Source: Octopus vulgaris
Taxonomy: Eukaryota
Assembly (NCBI GenBank): GCA_951406725.2
Contig: OX597817.1
Coordinates: 8,432,001 to 8,496,000, forward strand
DNA length: 64,000 nucleotides
Direction: 5' to 3'
Shown here: positions 1 to 12,793 of the stretch, one piece after another
How the letters are laid out: each line of letters begins with the position of its first letter
Numbering within the stretch: position 1 is the first letter of the stretch
The notes under the pieces: model-generated
The model's input: the letters and a program-made list of their open reading frames with translations, nothing else
Told to the model about the DNA's origin: nothing
Databases searched by the model: none
Position numbers and translations under genes: made by a program

Positions 1-421
1 GCACACACACAGTGGGCAAGGAATAAAATGAAAGTAATTCACTTACTGTAGTGAGTGATTCTTTCACTCTGCCTCCCACTTCCTCTTTACACACATAGAA
101 AAAACTTTTATTTTTTTACATAAGTAATGAGAGCGAAAGAGACTAAGAGAAAGCGATTGTATGACGAGGGAAGTTCCTTTGAAGTTACCGTGCATGGGAC
201 TCATTGATGTACATGTGTGTGTGTGTGTGTTTGATGGAGTGTGGGAGACAGACAGTATGTTGTGTAAGTGAAGTGCTTCTGTTAGTGTGTGTGAAGAGAC
301 AGAGAGAGTAATGTGTGAAAGAGAGAGATAACTGAAATTTTTTACTCGGTTTATGTGTATATGTATGTATGCATGTATGTGTGTGCGTGTGTGTGTATGT
401 ATGTGTGTGTGTATGTATGTA

Positions 422-1265
422 TTTATATATAAAAGAAAGGTTGTGTGTCTGTCTACTCCGATTTAGATTCCTAACTACTCCCACATTTTGCGATGCAGTT
501 TAACCAAAACCGGGTATCTTATAGTCGTGATTCATATCGAGCCCTTCTGGGTATTAGCGCGCGTCTACGATGAGTCTATGATTTTACAAATAATTTACCA
601 TCATTTTTTTCCATTTTAATGCATATTTTTAAAAATAAACGGAAGTAACTCTCAAACTTCACACCAATATGCGTGCTCATATGCGACGTAATATCACATC
701 ACCAGCATTTCCTCACACCCTCCTTGCACTTGGCGAAGGCAAAATACCAGGGGATGAAAATGGTAATATTGCCATCGATTCCATTTGTACCATTGTTAAG
801 ACGCCTTCTGATCTCAGAGATGCAGTGTTCCCAGATTTACAAGCTAATTATCAGGATATGGATTGGATTGGCAAAAAGGCTATACTGGCCCCGAGGAATA
901 AAACTGTTCACCATATTAATGATGAAATGCTAAAACTCATTCCTGGGGAAGTCGATGTATATCAGTCTATCGATACAACTCCTGACCCAGAGGACGTCAT
1001 CAACTATCCAATAGAGGTACTCAATTGCTTTGAGCACCCCGGACTACCACCACACTTTCTCAAACTTAAAGTTAGTGCCCCTATAATGCTCATCAGAAAT
1101 TTGGTTCCCCCAAAACAATGCAATGGCACACGTTTGGCGTTAAGTCCTTATCTCCCACCGTAAGCTTATTTCAATATTTGCCTGAATAATCATCATAATT
1201 CAGTGCAATCATTAACAGTACTTTCAAGCAATTCAGCCCCGAGCAACGCCGGGCAATTCTGCTAG
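422..1265 (+). mobile_element. Non-autonomous Helitron (copy 1) with internal helicase remnant
   Basis: 3' end has GC hairpin cccgagc-aac-gccggg (1238-1253) followed by CTAG|T (1262-1266). The first ~200 bp are shared with copies at 15683 and 47501-48013. The 5' boundary is approximate. Confidence 0.85.
669..1163 (+). pseudogene. PIF1-family helicase fragment of Helitron RepHel
   Basis: ORF contains AILAPRNKTVHHIN and PGLPPHFLKLKVSAPIMLIRNL...CNGTRL, characteristic of the C-terminal part of PIF1/Helitron helicases. Truncated at both ends and located inside Helitron termini. Confidence 0.9.
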
Positions 1266-1297
<32 letters not shown>

Positions 1298-2334
1298 TGC
1301 ATAATATATCCTTGATATGCGAATGGATGTGTTGTATAATGGGAATGTGCATATATACGAATGTGGGCGGTGTGTATATTTATGTATGCATTTTGGCAGC
1401 CACATGGAGTTAAATGAATGTACGAGTGTTTATATAGTTATAAAAGAGTTGTAATGCATGAATAATAAAAGTGTTCGCTATGATGTTGTTTTTCTTAATG
1501 TTGTTGTGTCTGTAATAAATATGTCGCATGTGTATTTCCGTGTGACTGAACATGCGTGCACGCGAAAGCATTTGTGTATGTGCATGTATGTGTATATGCG
1601 TTTGTATGCGTATATATTTTGTCTGTTTTTATATGGCGCATATGATTTTAAGCGGGAGATATTTGTTTCAAGAGCTTTCAACAGAAATGAAAATCAGTGA
1701 GTAAAAAAAAAAAAAAGAAAAACAAAAATAGGAAGAAAAATAATAGAAATAAAGTGAAAACCACAAGGGAACCCAAAATATTACCATTACACCTCACTCA
1801 CCACCCACGACCATCCATGGAAAATGACGAAGAAGTAAGGGGGAAAAAAAGCGATGAGTGGTGTGTATGAGTGTGTGTGTGTGTAGGTAGGTAGCGGAAG
1901 AGATGCGCGTGGAGGCGCTGATGATTTGATGATGAGTAATAAACAAAAATTGACATTGACCGAATAATTTCATTGTTATCTCACTGACATCGTTTCCTCG
2001 AAGTCAGCAGCAAATGGCGAACAGGCGGTCGGTCGCCTGCGATGAGCCAACCCTTTTCCCCTCTTAATGTTCCCACAAGCCTTCATAAATATACAGAAGT
2101 TCTTTCAAGCCTTGGTCGTAGACGATAATCTTAAAACTGTATTTATTTTATTTCATTTTGCTTTAACTTTCTTGCCTTTACTTGGGCAAAAGAATTTTTG
2201 TCAATGATATCACATTTTTCATCCTTCTTTTCGACTCACTTCCTTGCTTGTACCGTTTAAAAGAATTCTTCCTGTCTCTCGGTCGCCGTCTATCTGTCCG
2301 TCTGTCTGCCTTCCTGTCTGTCAGTATGTCTTTC

Positions 2335-2385
2335 TGCCTATCGGTCTTTCTATCCCTCTCTCTCTCCCACTCTCTATCTATCAAT

Positions 2386-2462
<77 letters not shown>

Positions 2463-2475
2463 CATCCATCCATCC

Positions 2476-2525
<50 letters not shown>

Positions 2526-2526
2526 A

Positions 2527-2561
<35 letters not shown>

Positions 2562-2574
2562 ATGTATGTATGTA

Positions 2575-2607
<33 letters not shown>

Positions 2608-2669
2608 TTCTGTCTGTCTGTCTGTCTGTCTGTATGTCAGTCTGTCTATATCTTTGTCTGCCTGTCTAC

Positions 2670-2719
<50 letters not shown>

Positions 2720-2830
2720 GTCTGTCTGTATGTCTGTCTGTCTTTCTGTCTGTCTGTCTGTCTGTCTGTATGTCTGTCTGTATGTCTGTCTGTCTGTCTG
2801 TCAGTCCGTCTATCTATCTATCTATCTATC

Positions 2831-2864
<34 letters not shown>

Positions 2865-2870
2865 AAATGA

Positions 2871-2908
<38 letters not shown>
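2335..2908. repeat. Compound microsatellite (TCTA)n/(TCTG)n/(TCCA)n/(TA)n/(GA)n
   Basis: Directly visible tetra- and dinucleotide arrays. Confidence 0.97.
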
Positions 2909-3603
2909 GGGGAGGGGAAGGGAGAAAGAAAAAGTGAAAGATTGAGAGGCGAGAGAGCATCTACTTACATATTTGGATGTTAAGCGAAGGCTATATTGCT
3001 TTTTTCTTTGTTGTGTAATTTTGATTGTTGTGCAGTTTGTCCTTGACATTTACTGAAATTTGCATCGAGATGCGATCAGTTATGTCTGAACACATTTCGC
3101 CCCCTCCTTCACGCACACACATTTACATACACACACACATGCACACATAAAGAGTTCTAGTGTCTTCCAGTCATAGACTCTCATAATGGCGAAAACATGC
3201 GATAATATGACAAACCAAGACTCCGCCTCGCAAACACAGACGTCACTTCAACGAAGGTTTGTGTTTGCTTTAATGAGAGGACAATCGCGATTGCTCCGTC
3301 CTATTCTAACCCTTGTGTTAACTCCACAAGCGACGTAACTATGGAAGTCGTGGTTCTTCACTGTGTTAGACACGCCTGATATCTTGGCTAGTAGCAAAAG
3401 GTCCATCGTTTATTTGACGTTACAACAAATATGTCTCACACTCGGGAAAATGGGCGTAAAAGTATCTGCTTCGAGCATAAAAATATATCTAGAATCAAAG
3501 GCATGTGGGACACAAGCGCCATTCTCTAAATGTTTGAATATTTCAAATCGACAGGTATAGAAAGGCATGACGGTAAAATACTGCAAAGTACGCAGGTTTC
3601 AAG

Positions 3604-4084
3604 TATCGTAAATCCTAGAGTATAATCCGCATTTCCCCCTGAAAATTTAAAGCTCAAAATCTCTAGTGCGTACTATATACGACGTTAAATGAGAAAAATA
3701 TTTTCTAAGCAATGTCCGAGTCTCTGTTTGCTGTCCGGCTATGTTTATTCAGACGCATTTTGTGATGTAGGGCGCGAAAATACCTTAAATCATCCATAAC
3801 TTGCAGTTAGCAACATTTATTAAACGTTATTACTGTTATTTCTTTATTTTCTGCAAACAAAATGCACAAAAAATCTACACGTTTGCATTATGTTATATAT
3901 ACAATAATAATAAAGGACGTTACCGTATACATTTTTACAAACCAAGGACGTTATATAGCCCTCCTTGACTCAAGTTAGAGAAGGGGGTGCGTATTATACA
4001 CAAGGTTTAGGTTCAGAGGTACAGGCCCCTAAAAATCCCCTGCGTATTATATTGAAGAGCGGACTATAATCGAGGATTTACGCA
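3604..4084 (+). mobile_element. pogo/Tigger-like MITE (copy 1)
   Basis: TIR tatcgtaaatcctagagtataatccgc / gcggactataatcgaggatttacg. Subterminal gtgcgtaYtata repeats. Homologous to 6984-7507. Confidence 0.75.
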
Positions 4085-4440
4085 AAGAGATTCTTTTTCT
4101 CACGCATATTAATATGCAAATGTAAATACACGAGCACGCGCGCGCACACACACACATGTGCATACATTTGCATACGCTACTGGATGGGTATTGAGTTACT
4201 TACCTTTATTTACTCTTTGGTATGCCTTGTCTTCATTTTGTTGGGCGTCCAAAATCACACTCCTCTCAAAGTAACCTTGATGGGCTTGCTGCTTTAGTCG
4301 CAGACAGCCCAACAATCTCCTACGGGTTGCGCGGGATTAAATGTTATGAGAAGCAACTCTCTGGTTAGCAGATCTTTGATGTAACAGGCTCGTAATGTAT
4401 GTATATATGCATGCATACATAGATATGCATGTCACTTTTG

Positions 4441-5072
4441 AGGTTCTCACGAGTGCTACCGGTAATATGGAACCCAGTATAACCTGTTGCATGGTCGGGT
4501 TATCGGCGACTAAACCGGCACCCCCACCAGGCCAGCTTGGTGAGGAGGGTTGCTAGAAACTCAGCAGGACTAAAAACAAGACCTGCAAAAAGGCCGGATG
4601 AACTTAGTACAAGTTCAACGACTATCTAGCAATAGTACAGGAACACAAAAATTCCGGGATGGTGGATATCTTGTTATAATGAATGATAGCAGGATCCCTA
4701 AACAGATGCTATACGGGGAACTTGTTAGTGGAAAGATACCCCGGCAGAAGAAGCCTAAACTGCAATTTAAGGACTGTGTGAAGTCACCGTTAAAGGCCTG
4801 TGAAACGCTGGCTGGGAGAGAAATGCTTGCCATTGCCATGGATGGAGGAAACGGGTAAAGGAGGGAGATGATACCTTTGAAAGAGTACGTATTCTTCATG
4901 AAGAATTTAGTGTAATGAATGGGGAAAGCTTGGTCTGCAGTGTATGTTTGTAAAAGAGCAGGGCTCGTTAGTCGCCAACGGAACCGCTGGTGTAAAGTAT
5001 AAGGCAGTCTTGAGCGCACAATGTTCCTAAAGGTCAGTAACGGTTTTCTGCGGTCACGAGAAGACGGCCATC
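4441..5072 (+). mobile_element. Non-autonomous RTE-clade retroelement (putative 5'UTR fused to decayed 3' end)
   Basis: 4680-4800 translates MNDSRIPKQMLYGELVSGK...KPKLQFKDCVK, an RTE C-terminal motif also seen at 46460. It is preceded by a GC-rich structured leader and followed by (TATG)n. Confidence 0.65.
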
Positions 5073-5094
5073 ATGCATGCAAGCATGTATACCT

Positions 5095-5240
5095 GTATGT
5101 ATGTATGTATGTATGTATGTATGTATGTATGTATGTATGTATGTATGTATGTATGTATGTATGTATGTATGTACGCATGCATCCATGTACGTATGTACGT
5201 GTGTATGTGTGTATGTGTGTATGTATGTATGTATTTATGT
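5095..5240. repeat. (TATG)n microsatellite
   Basis: Visible array. Confidence 0.95.
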
Positions 5241-5419
5241 ATGCCTGTATGTTAAAATGCATTTGTACAAAAATATCTGAGATGTTGGACTAAGATGCTA
5301 TTAGAATATTGATGGCAAGGTGAGAAGATTTGCCTTTCTTGGTAAAGGGACACTATAGTGTGTGTTTAAGATAAAAATATATTTCTCTACATATATACGC
5401 GCACGCACGCGCATGATGT

Positions 5420-6025
5420 ATGTGTGTGTGCCTAAGCATGTGTGTGTGCCTAAGCATGTGTGTGTGCCTAAGCATGTGTGTGTTCCTCAGTATGTAAATG
5501 TGCCTAAGCACGTGTGTGTGCCTTTAAGCATGTGTGTGCCTAAGCATGTGTGTGTGCTTTTAAGCATGTGTGTGCCTAAGTATGTGTGTGTGCCTAAGCA
5601 TGTGTGTGTGCCTTTAAGCATGTGTGTGCCTAAGCATGTGTGTGTGCCTAAGCATGTGTGTGTGCCTAAGCATGTGTGTGTGCCTAAGCATGTGTGTGTG
5701 CCTAAGCATGTGTGTGTTCCTCAGTATGTAAATGTGCCTAAGCATGTGTGTGTGCCTTTAAGCATGTGTGTGCCTAAGCATGTGTGTGTGCTTTTAAGCA
5801 TGTGTGTGTGCCTAAGTATGTGTGTGTGCCTAAGCATGTGTGTGTGCCTTTAAGCATGTGTGTGCCTAAGCAAGTGTGTGTGTCTAAGCATGTGTGTGTT
5901 CCTCAGTATGTAAATGTGCCTAAGCACGTGTGTGTGCCTTTAAGCATGTGTGTGCCTAAGCACGTGTGTGTGCCTTTGAGCATGTGTGTTGCTAAGTATG
6001 TGCGTGTGCCTAAGCATGTGTGTGT
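5420..6025. repeat. 18-bp minisatellite (cctaagcatgtgtgtgtg) with variant units
   Basis: About 33 tandem units. Variants cctttaagcatgtgtgtg and cctcagtatgtaaatgtg recur in ordered fashion. Confidence 0.95.
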
Positions 6026-6983
6026 ATATTGATCTGGGACCTATTGTTTGAAGGTAAAGGACACTATAATGTTGAGGTGGGCTTGTTGGTTTGAGATAAC
6101 CAGAAGTATGTGTGCATGAATATGTACATCGAGGTGTGTATTTTATGCAATTGTAGCATTTCAGTTATTTAGGAGAACAGATTTACTTAACGTGTACATT
6201 GTTGAGGACCCGAAGCAAAGCGAGCAGTAAACATGGAAGCTTTCGCTGCCGGAGAACTGCTTATGGAACTATCGTCGACATTTAATGAAGTTAACCGAAA
6301 TTATCTTTACAATTATTCATCACCTCTAAACTTATTGTTACATGCAATTTTTTTCTTTTTTAAAATATTTCATCATGAACATTACTGTGTATAAACAGCA
6401 TCATTTTATTTTTAACCTTTAGTACGATTCTCCCATTAAACATAAAGTAGTACACACGTAGAGTTGGAGTGTCAAGCCATTGGTGACATATTAAAGAAGT
6501 TGCAGTCGGTCAAAATACTTTCAGACTGCTACTTATTAGCAAATCTTAGTGATCGTTCAGAAATATCTTAATCTCATTTGTTTAGGAGATATTATTTCGT
6601 TTTTCTTTTTAGATCTTATGAAAGGATATAACAATTATTTATGACTGCCTAACTATAACGTTTTAACACACGTGATGAAATAGCCATATATCATGTATGG
6701 CCGAAGAGCATAAATTTTTGCCTCTTATACATCTCTACTGAAATAGACTTGTCAAGTAGTTAGTCCTGTGTTCACATTATACTCTGAGTAATGTGTTAGG
6801 AGTTAAACGGATTGCTTAATTAATGAATAAATGATTCATTAATTCGTAACTGATGGTTTTATCAGCTGTACATGCAAGAAAGCTTTGTTTTGGCGACAGC
6901 ATTTTCGTCTGTCTTTAAAAGAATAATTGGAAAACCAAGAGGATCCATTGCCCAGTCCAATCTATTTTATCAGTGGCCTGTAT

Positions 6984-7507
6984 TACCGTAAATTCTCGAG
7001 TATAATCCGCATTTCCCCCACAAAATTTAACGGTCAAATTCCCTAGTGCGTACTATATACGACGTTAAATGAGAAAAATATTTTTTAAGCCATGTCCGAG
7101 TCTCTATTTGCTGTCCGGCAATGTTTATTCAGACACATTTTGTGATGTCGGGCGCGAAAATCCCTTAAGCTAAGCCTGAAAGCAAAGAAGTCATAGAATA
7201 ATCATCCATAACTTGCAGTAAGCAACATTTATTAAACGTTAATACTATTATTACTGTTACTTCTTTATTTTCTGCAAACAAAATGCACAAAAAAGCTACA
7301 CGTCTGCATTATGTGATATATACAATTATAATAAAGAACGTTACCGTATACATTTTTACAAACCAAGGACGTTATATAAACTTCCTGACTCAAGTTAGAG
7401 AAGGGGTGCGTATTATACACAAGGTTTAAGGTTTTTCAGAAGTACAGCCCTCTAAAAATCCCCTGCGTATTATACTCAAGGGCGGACTATACTCGAGGTT
7501 TACATTA
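6984..7507 (+). mobile_element. pogo/Tigger-like MITE (copy 2)
   Basis: TA-ccgtaaattctcgagtataatccgc ... gcggactatactcgaggtttac TIRs. Colinear with 3604-4084. Confidence 0.8.
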
Positions 7508-8212
7508 CATCTTATTCTTTAAGTCAATGTAATCGATGATTGTCTTTCACTACGTGAATCTGCGGTGTTGAAGAACTTAAGAGGCTCATTTATTTGCATA
7601 ACTCCCAGTGGAGAGCTGAAAACATTTTGGAATTATATATTTAGTAATTTACCAATCCTCAGTCTGCAGGCAGTAAGACACGTTCTTCAAACAGTGGATC
7701 TAGCTTGTTGCACACCGGAGTGGATTCATTTGCAAACTTGCAGTAAGGCCTGACAGTTCGTTGTTATATTTTCGACCGCCCACGCTTCTCTTTCATCTCT
7801 GTCTTACTTTTCAAGCAATACCTCAAACATATATTAAAACTGAGAAAGAAAAAAAAATAGTTACAGAAGTCTTTTCATAAAATTCCTGTCCCTAAAACAA
7901 ATGTGCGTTGTCCAACCACAAATAACAAACTTTTTTCTTCCTAATGACAGTTTAATAGCAAGCTAAATTCATTAACCATAGAGAATCACCTTTCCCTAAA
8001 CTCACATTCGGTAGGTAACATCCGCTGATAAAAAGAAGGCAGTTTTAGAAGAGACTATGAACATTATTAAATATCACTTTTATTTGCATTAATTCTAATC
8101 TTTCTTTCATATATTACAAGATTTGAAGCAACAATTTTTCTCTGTTTTCTCTTTCACTATACATAGAACAAGGTGTTTTAAGTGTCAGTTTAAAAATAAA
8201 AGTTTATATATA

Positions 8213-8359
8213 GACGCAGGCGTGGTTGTATGGTAAGAAGTTTACTTCCGGGTTCAGTCCTACAATGTAGAACCTTGGGCAAATATCTTCTACTATAGCC
8301 TCGGGTAGACCAAACCCTTCTGATAGGTTTTAGTAGACGGGAACAGGAAACAGCCTGTC

Positions 8360-8407
<48 letters not shown>

Positions 8408-8835
8408 CTTTCTTAGATGCAGCACGGACTTTGTCAGTGAACAGGTCGCGGATTTTATCGACGAAAATATTTTGACAAATTAAACTTAAATGTTGGAGTG
8501 AATCGAACGGCTTTTGTGTGTTTCTTAAATGGCTTATAAACACCTCCCACGCTGCAATTGTATATATATATATATATGTATGTATGTATGTGTGTGTGTG
8601 TGTGTGTGTATGTGTGTTTGCGTGTGTCTTTCTGTCTGTGTTTGTACCCCACCACTGTTTGACAATCGGTGTTGATGTGTTACGTCTCCATAACTTAGCG
8701 GTCCAACAGAATGATGCGACAGAGTAAGTACAAGGTTTAAAAATGAACCGGGGTCGATTAGTTCGACCAGAATTCTTCAAGGCGGTGTTCCAGCATGGCT
8801 GCAGTCTAATGACTGAGGCAAGTAAAAGATAAAAA
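8213..8835 (+). mobile_element. tRNA-derived SINE family A (internal microsatellite), interrupted by a ~155-bp insert
   Basis: Head gcaggcgtggttgtatggtaag / ggttcagtcc, body ttgggcaa...gtagacgg, tail ccagcatggctgcagtctaatgactga. Many copies in the window. Confidence 0.8.
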
Positions 8836-8894
8836 TATATCTTCACACACACGCATATACACACACATACGTGTACGCATATATACATACATAC

Positions 8895-8967
<73 letters not shown>

Positions 8968-9048
8968 TCCCGGGTTGATACGGGGTTAACCACAGTAAGT
9001 AAGGTACTCAATACATAGCAGAGTAAAATTAATTTATTATATAGAAGG

Positions 9049-9099
9049 AGCTTCTACAGGACTAGTACTGTTTCATTCAAGAGAAATCTTCAGGAAGCT
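9049..9099 (-). ncRNA. Type I hammerhead ribozyme motif (left arm)
   Basis: Minus strand reads agcttc-CTGAAGA-tttctcttgaat-GAAA-cagtactagtcctg-TA-gaagct. Confidence 0.8.
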
Positions 9100-9312
9100 A
9101 TTTAACAAGAATTGTATTAGCATTTATACATTTAGAGGAGTGGTGGTGGGGGACTTTTGGGGTAGCATAGCGCAAAATATCATACTTGGGGGAGTGGTCA
9201 AGGTAATACTTGACCACTCCCCCAAGTATGATATTTTGCGCTATGCCTACCCCCAAAAGTCCCCACCACCACTCCTCTAAATGTATAAATGCTAATACAA
9301 TTCTTGTTAAAT

Positions 9313-9363
9313 AGCTTCCTGAAGATTTCTCTTGAATGAAACAGTACTAGTCCTGTAGAAGCT
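9313..9363 (+). ncRNA. Type I hammerhead ribozyme motif (right arm)
   Basis: Stem I agcttc/gaagct; core CTGAAGA (9319-9325) and GAAA (9338-9341); weak stem II ttc/gaa; near-palindromic stem III cagtactagtcctg; GUA cleavage triplet. Confidence 0.8.
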
Positions 9364-9373
9364 CCTTCTATAT

Positions 9374-9447
<74 letters not shown>

Positions 9448-9448
9448 T

Positions 9449-9954
9449 TGTAGTCCTTCCCTTCTATATACTGCCACACGTGACCTGTGACTAATTTTCC
9501 CATCACTACATTTTCGCCACCGGACACCTCACCTGCCGGTCAACATTTTCTCCTCTTACTATTTCTCTGTTTATATCCGTTGAGACTTTCTTCTAGCCGT
9601 TACCCATCATTCTTGTGTTTACCCGAAAGGCTTTATTTATTGTGCCTTCGTCTATGTTTTCAAATTACATGTGTTTACTTCCGTACATCCACCCTGTATT
9701 GTCTTGTTGCTCGAGCCCTAATTCTACACAAATCTTGCAGGTGCCACCGATATACGAAGTTCTCAGTCTTATCGTTAAAGGCACGAAACTGAGTGTTAGT
9801 ATTTTCAGTCGATAACACTTATCGAAAACTTAGGGCTCTGCTGTGCCTGTTCTACGTGTAAGCTTTGTAGTATTAAATGCATTTTTCATTTATTGAGTAG
9901 CTGAACACCACGCATCCCGACTTTTGCTAATAGTATATATATCGTACCACTACA
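9449..9954. mobile_element. Possible solo LTR
   Basis: Begins TGTAGT and ends ACTACA (6-bp terminal inverted match), ~506 bp of non-microsatellite sequence. No TSD recognisable. Confidence 0.3.
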
Positions 9955-10033
9955 GCTTATATCTCTCTGAGATATTTAGAAATGTAATATTTCTATTTTT
10001 GCAATCAGTGGATTTATTTCACTAGAATTCTTA

Positions 10034-10172
10034 TATGTTTACAAGGGCTAGCCATGCATCTCCAACAAGCAGGCCATGCTACTGCAGACTGATGACGAGC
10101 AAAGACTCAGAAGTTAGTCTCTGAATGCAGGCTTAGCTGGGTGGAGGTGCTTGCCTCCCCCTTGTAAACATA
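10034..10172 (+). ncRNA. Degenerate minimal type I hammerhead inside a long hairpin
   Basis: caga-CTGATGA(10089-10095)-c-gag-caaaga-ctc-a-GAAG-ttag-TC-tctg. Outer stems gcatctcca/tggaggtgc and a perfect 14-bp tatgtttacaaggg/cccttgtaaacata. The core has GAAG instead of GAAA. Confidence 0.6.
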
Positions 10173-10482
10173 AGGACACAGGTAATGTGTCAAGGCCGAC
10201 AGGAAGCATTGATGCTTCCTAGGGCTAAATAGTAGTGGTGTGATTCCCTTCATGGGACTGTCACATTAAGTTGACAGTATACAACTACTCTATGTATGTA
10301 TGTATGTATGTATGTATGTATGTATGTATGTATGTATGTATGTATGTATGTATGTATGTATGTATGTATGTATGTATGTATGTATGTATGTATGTATGTA
10401 TGTATGTGTGTATGTATGTATGTATGTATGTATGTATGTATGTCCATCTATCTATCTGTATGTATACACACACACACACACA

Positions 10483-11060
<578 letters not shown>

Positions 11061-12376
11061 ATATTTATATCTATACATATATATTATGTGTGTGTGTGTG
11101 TGTATAAAGATATATCTATATGTCTCTGTATGTGTATGTGTGTCTTTGTGTGCTCCGTGTTTGTTACTACCTACAGTTGGATGACCGGCGCTGGTTTATT
11201 TACGTCGCCATAACTTAGCGATTCAACGAAAACCACCGAGTAAGTAGCATGCTTAAGAAAAGATTACTGGCGTTGGACTTATTCAACTAAACCCTTTATG
11301 GGAGTGACCCAACATGACTGCAGTCCATTGGCCGAAACAAGTAAAAGATGCTCTGATGCGGTGCATTAAAAACTACCAAACTGAAAAAAAAAGTATCGAC
11401 ATTTTCTGACTCGTGCCCAAAACTCGGTACTGTACTACTGTACCTGTACAACTGTATCACAAGAAGGAAGAATGCAGCGTAATTAAACGGACCAGAAGTG
11501 ACAGACCTAGCCGATCCCTACCAATATTGAAAGGTAAGGTACTTCGACGACTAAAGGTGGAAGCAGTTGCATTGATTAAACGTTGGTCTGTAAGAGGCTT
11601 TACTCTTCTGATAGGTTTTGTACCTGGTCATCTTGTAAAGTACTCAGGAACTCTCCCAACTATGGAAAAAAAGATTTCCATGCCGATCAAGTCGCTGACA
11701 GATTTACCATAAGATAGGAAGCAACAGTTCACATGGTGCCATTAGCAGACATATGCCGCCTGAGCTGATATATATATATATCCTGAAATCGTAGACTTCA
11801 CCCGGATGCTGGCAACATATTGACTCCGACCAAGACTTCGAAGACTAGGTGATGGTGTGGTGGTGTTAAACAGTGTGATGAAATAAAGTCTATCATTTAT
11901 GAGTGCCACGACTGGATTTAGCATCAGAGCCCAAGGGGAAGGAATAAATACTGCAAGGTATTTTGTCGGACGTTCTAAAGATTCTGCTTATTCGTCAGTA
12001 GGTAGCTTATAATTTTAATGCGGACAAAATTACGTGTTCGGACGAAAGGCTTACCTTGCCCGATATATGCGGTTGCTCGACCTGCTCGGCCTCATCCGGT
12101 GTCCATATGGCCCCTGCAGGTCCATTTAAGATGTTCGGTGCTCCATGCAACAAAATATTAAATTGGGATCCACAATAGTATTTTAAGGCCCCCTGAAAAA
12201 ATACTTTAGATGTATGTATTGGTATTTATCGCAAGAAACAGCAAGGTTTAACATTTTATATGCTTCATAAGACACAAATTAATGTATGAAAAACAAAATA
12301 GGAATTCTGAGAGAAGTTTCTATAAAATTAGTTTATAAATATCGAATGGCTAAGGGTGTTCACCGGAATAAAGTAG

Positions 12377-12793
12377 GGATCTTTTCGGTTTGAACGGCAG
12401 TTTTTTCTAGCGGTGTCATATGAAATTGTCACCCATAATTATGACCCTAGTAACGATCTATTGCATTTCAATCTGTTTTAGGGTTAGGGTTAGGGGTGGG
12501 CGGAAGGGTATCTTTTTTTCTTCACAAATGTAAATAAACCCAATCTGTTTCTTAAACGAGGGACATATTCATACGGCACAGAATGTTTTCACCCCAAATG
12601 GACGTCATTGATTGGTTGAAATTGCAGAAATTGAAGAAAAACAACAACAAATATCTTACAAACTATAGAATTTTCTCAATAAAGCCAAAAGAAAAAGATG
12701 TTTTATAAACACATTCTACCAGTATAGGAAGTTTAAATTTTTTTAGTTACTTAGAAATTATGTTAAAAACTACCGTTCAAACCGAAAGGATCC
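12377..12793. mobile_element. MITE with ~29-bp TIRs and 8-bp TSD (GG-terminal; Merlin- or hAT-like)
   Basis: TIR ggatcttttcggtttgaacggcagttttt / aaaaactaccgttcaaaccgaaaggatcc. TSD taaagtag at 12369-12376 and 12794-12801. Internal (TTAGGG)3 at 12478-12495. Confidence 0.88.

Larger units (their letters stand above)
9034..9378. repeat. Near-perfect ~170-bp inverted repeat (fold-back), probable inverted PLE pseudo-LTR
   Basis: 9034-9202 is the reverse complement of 9209-9378 with a 6-nt spacer gtaata. Each arm carries a hammerhead motif. Embedded between (TA)n tracts. Confidence 0.92.

Noticed and set aside
669-1163. Host PIF1 gene exon
   Set aside because: Enclosed by Helitron termini shared with two other copies and truncated, so it is transposon-derived.
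5420-6025. CRISPR-like array or repetitive protein (PKHVCV)n
   Set aside because: Contiguous tandem units with no unique spacers, no cas genes, eukaryotic context.
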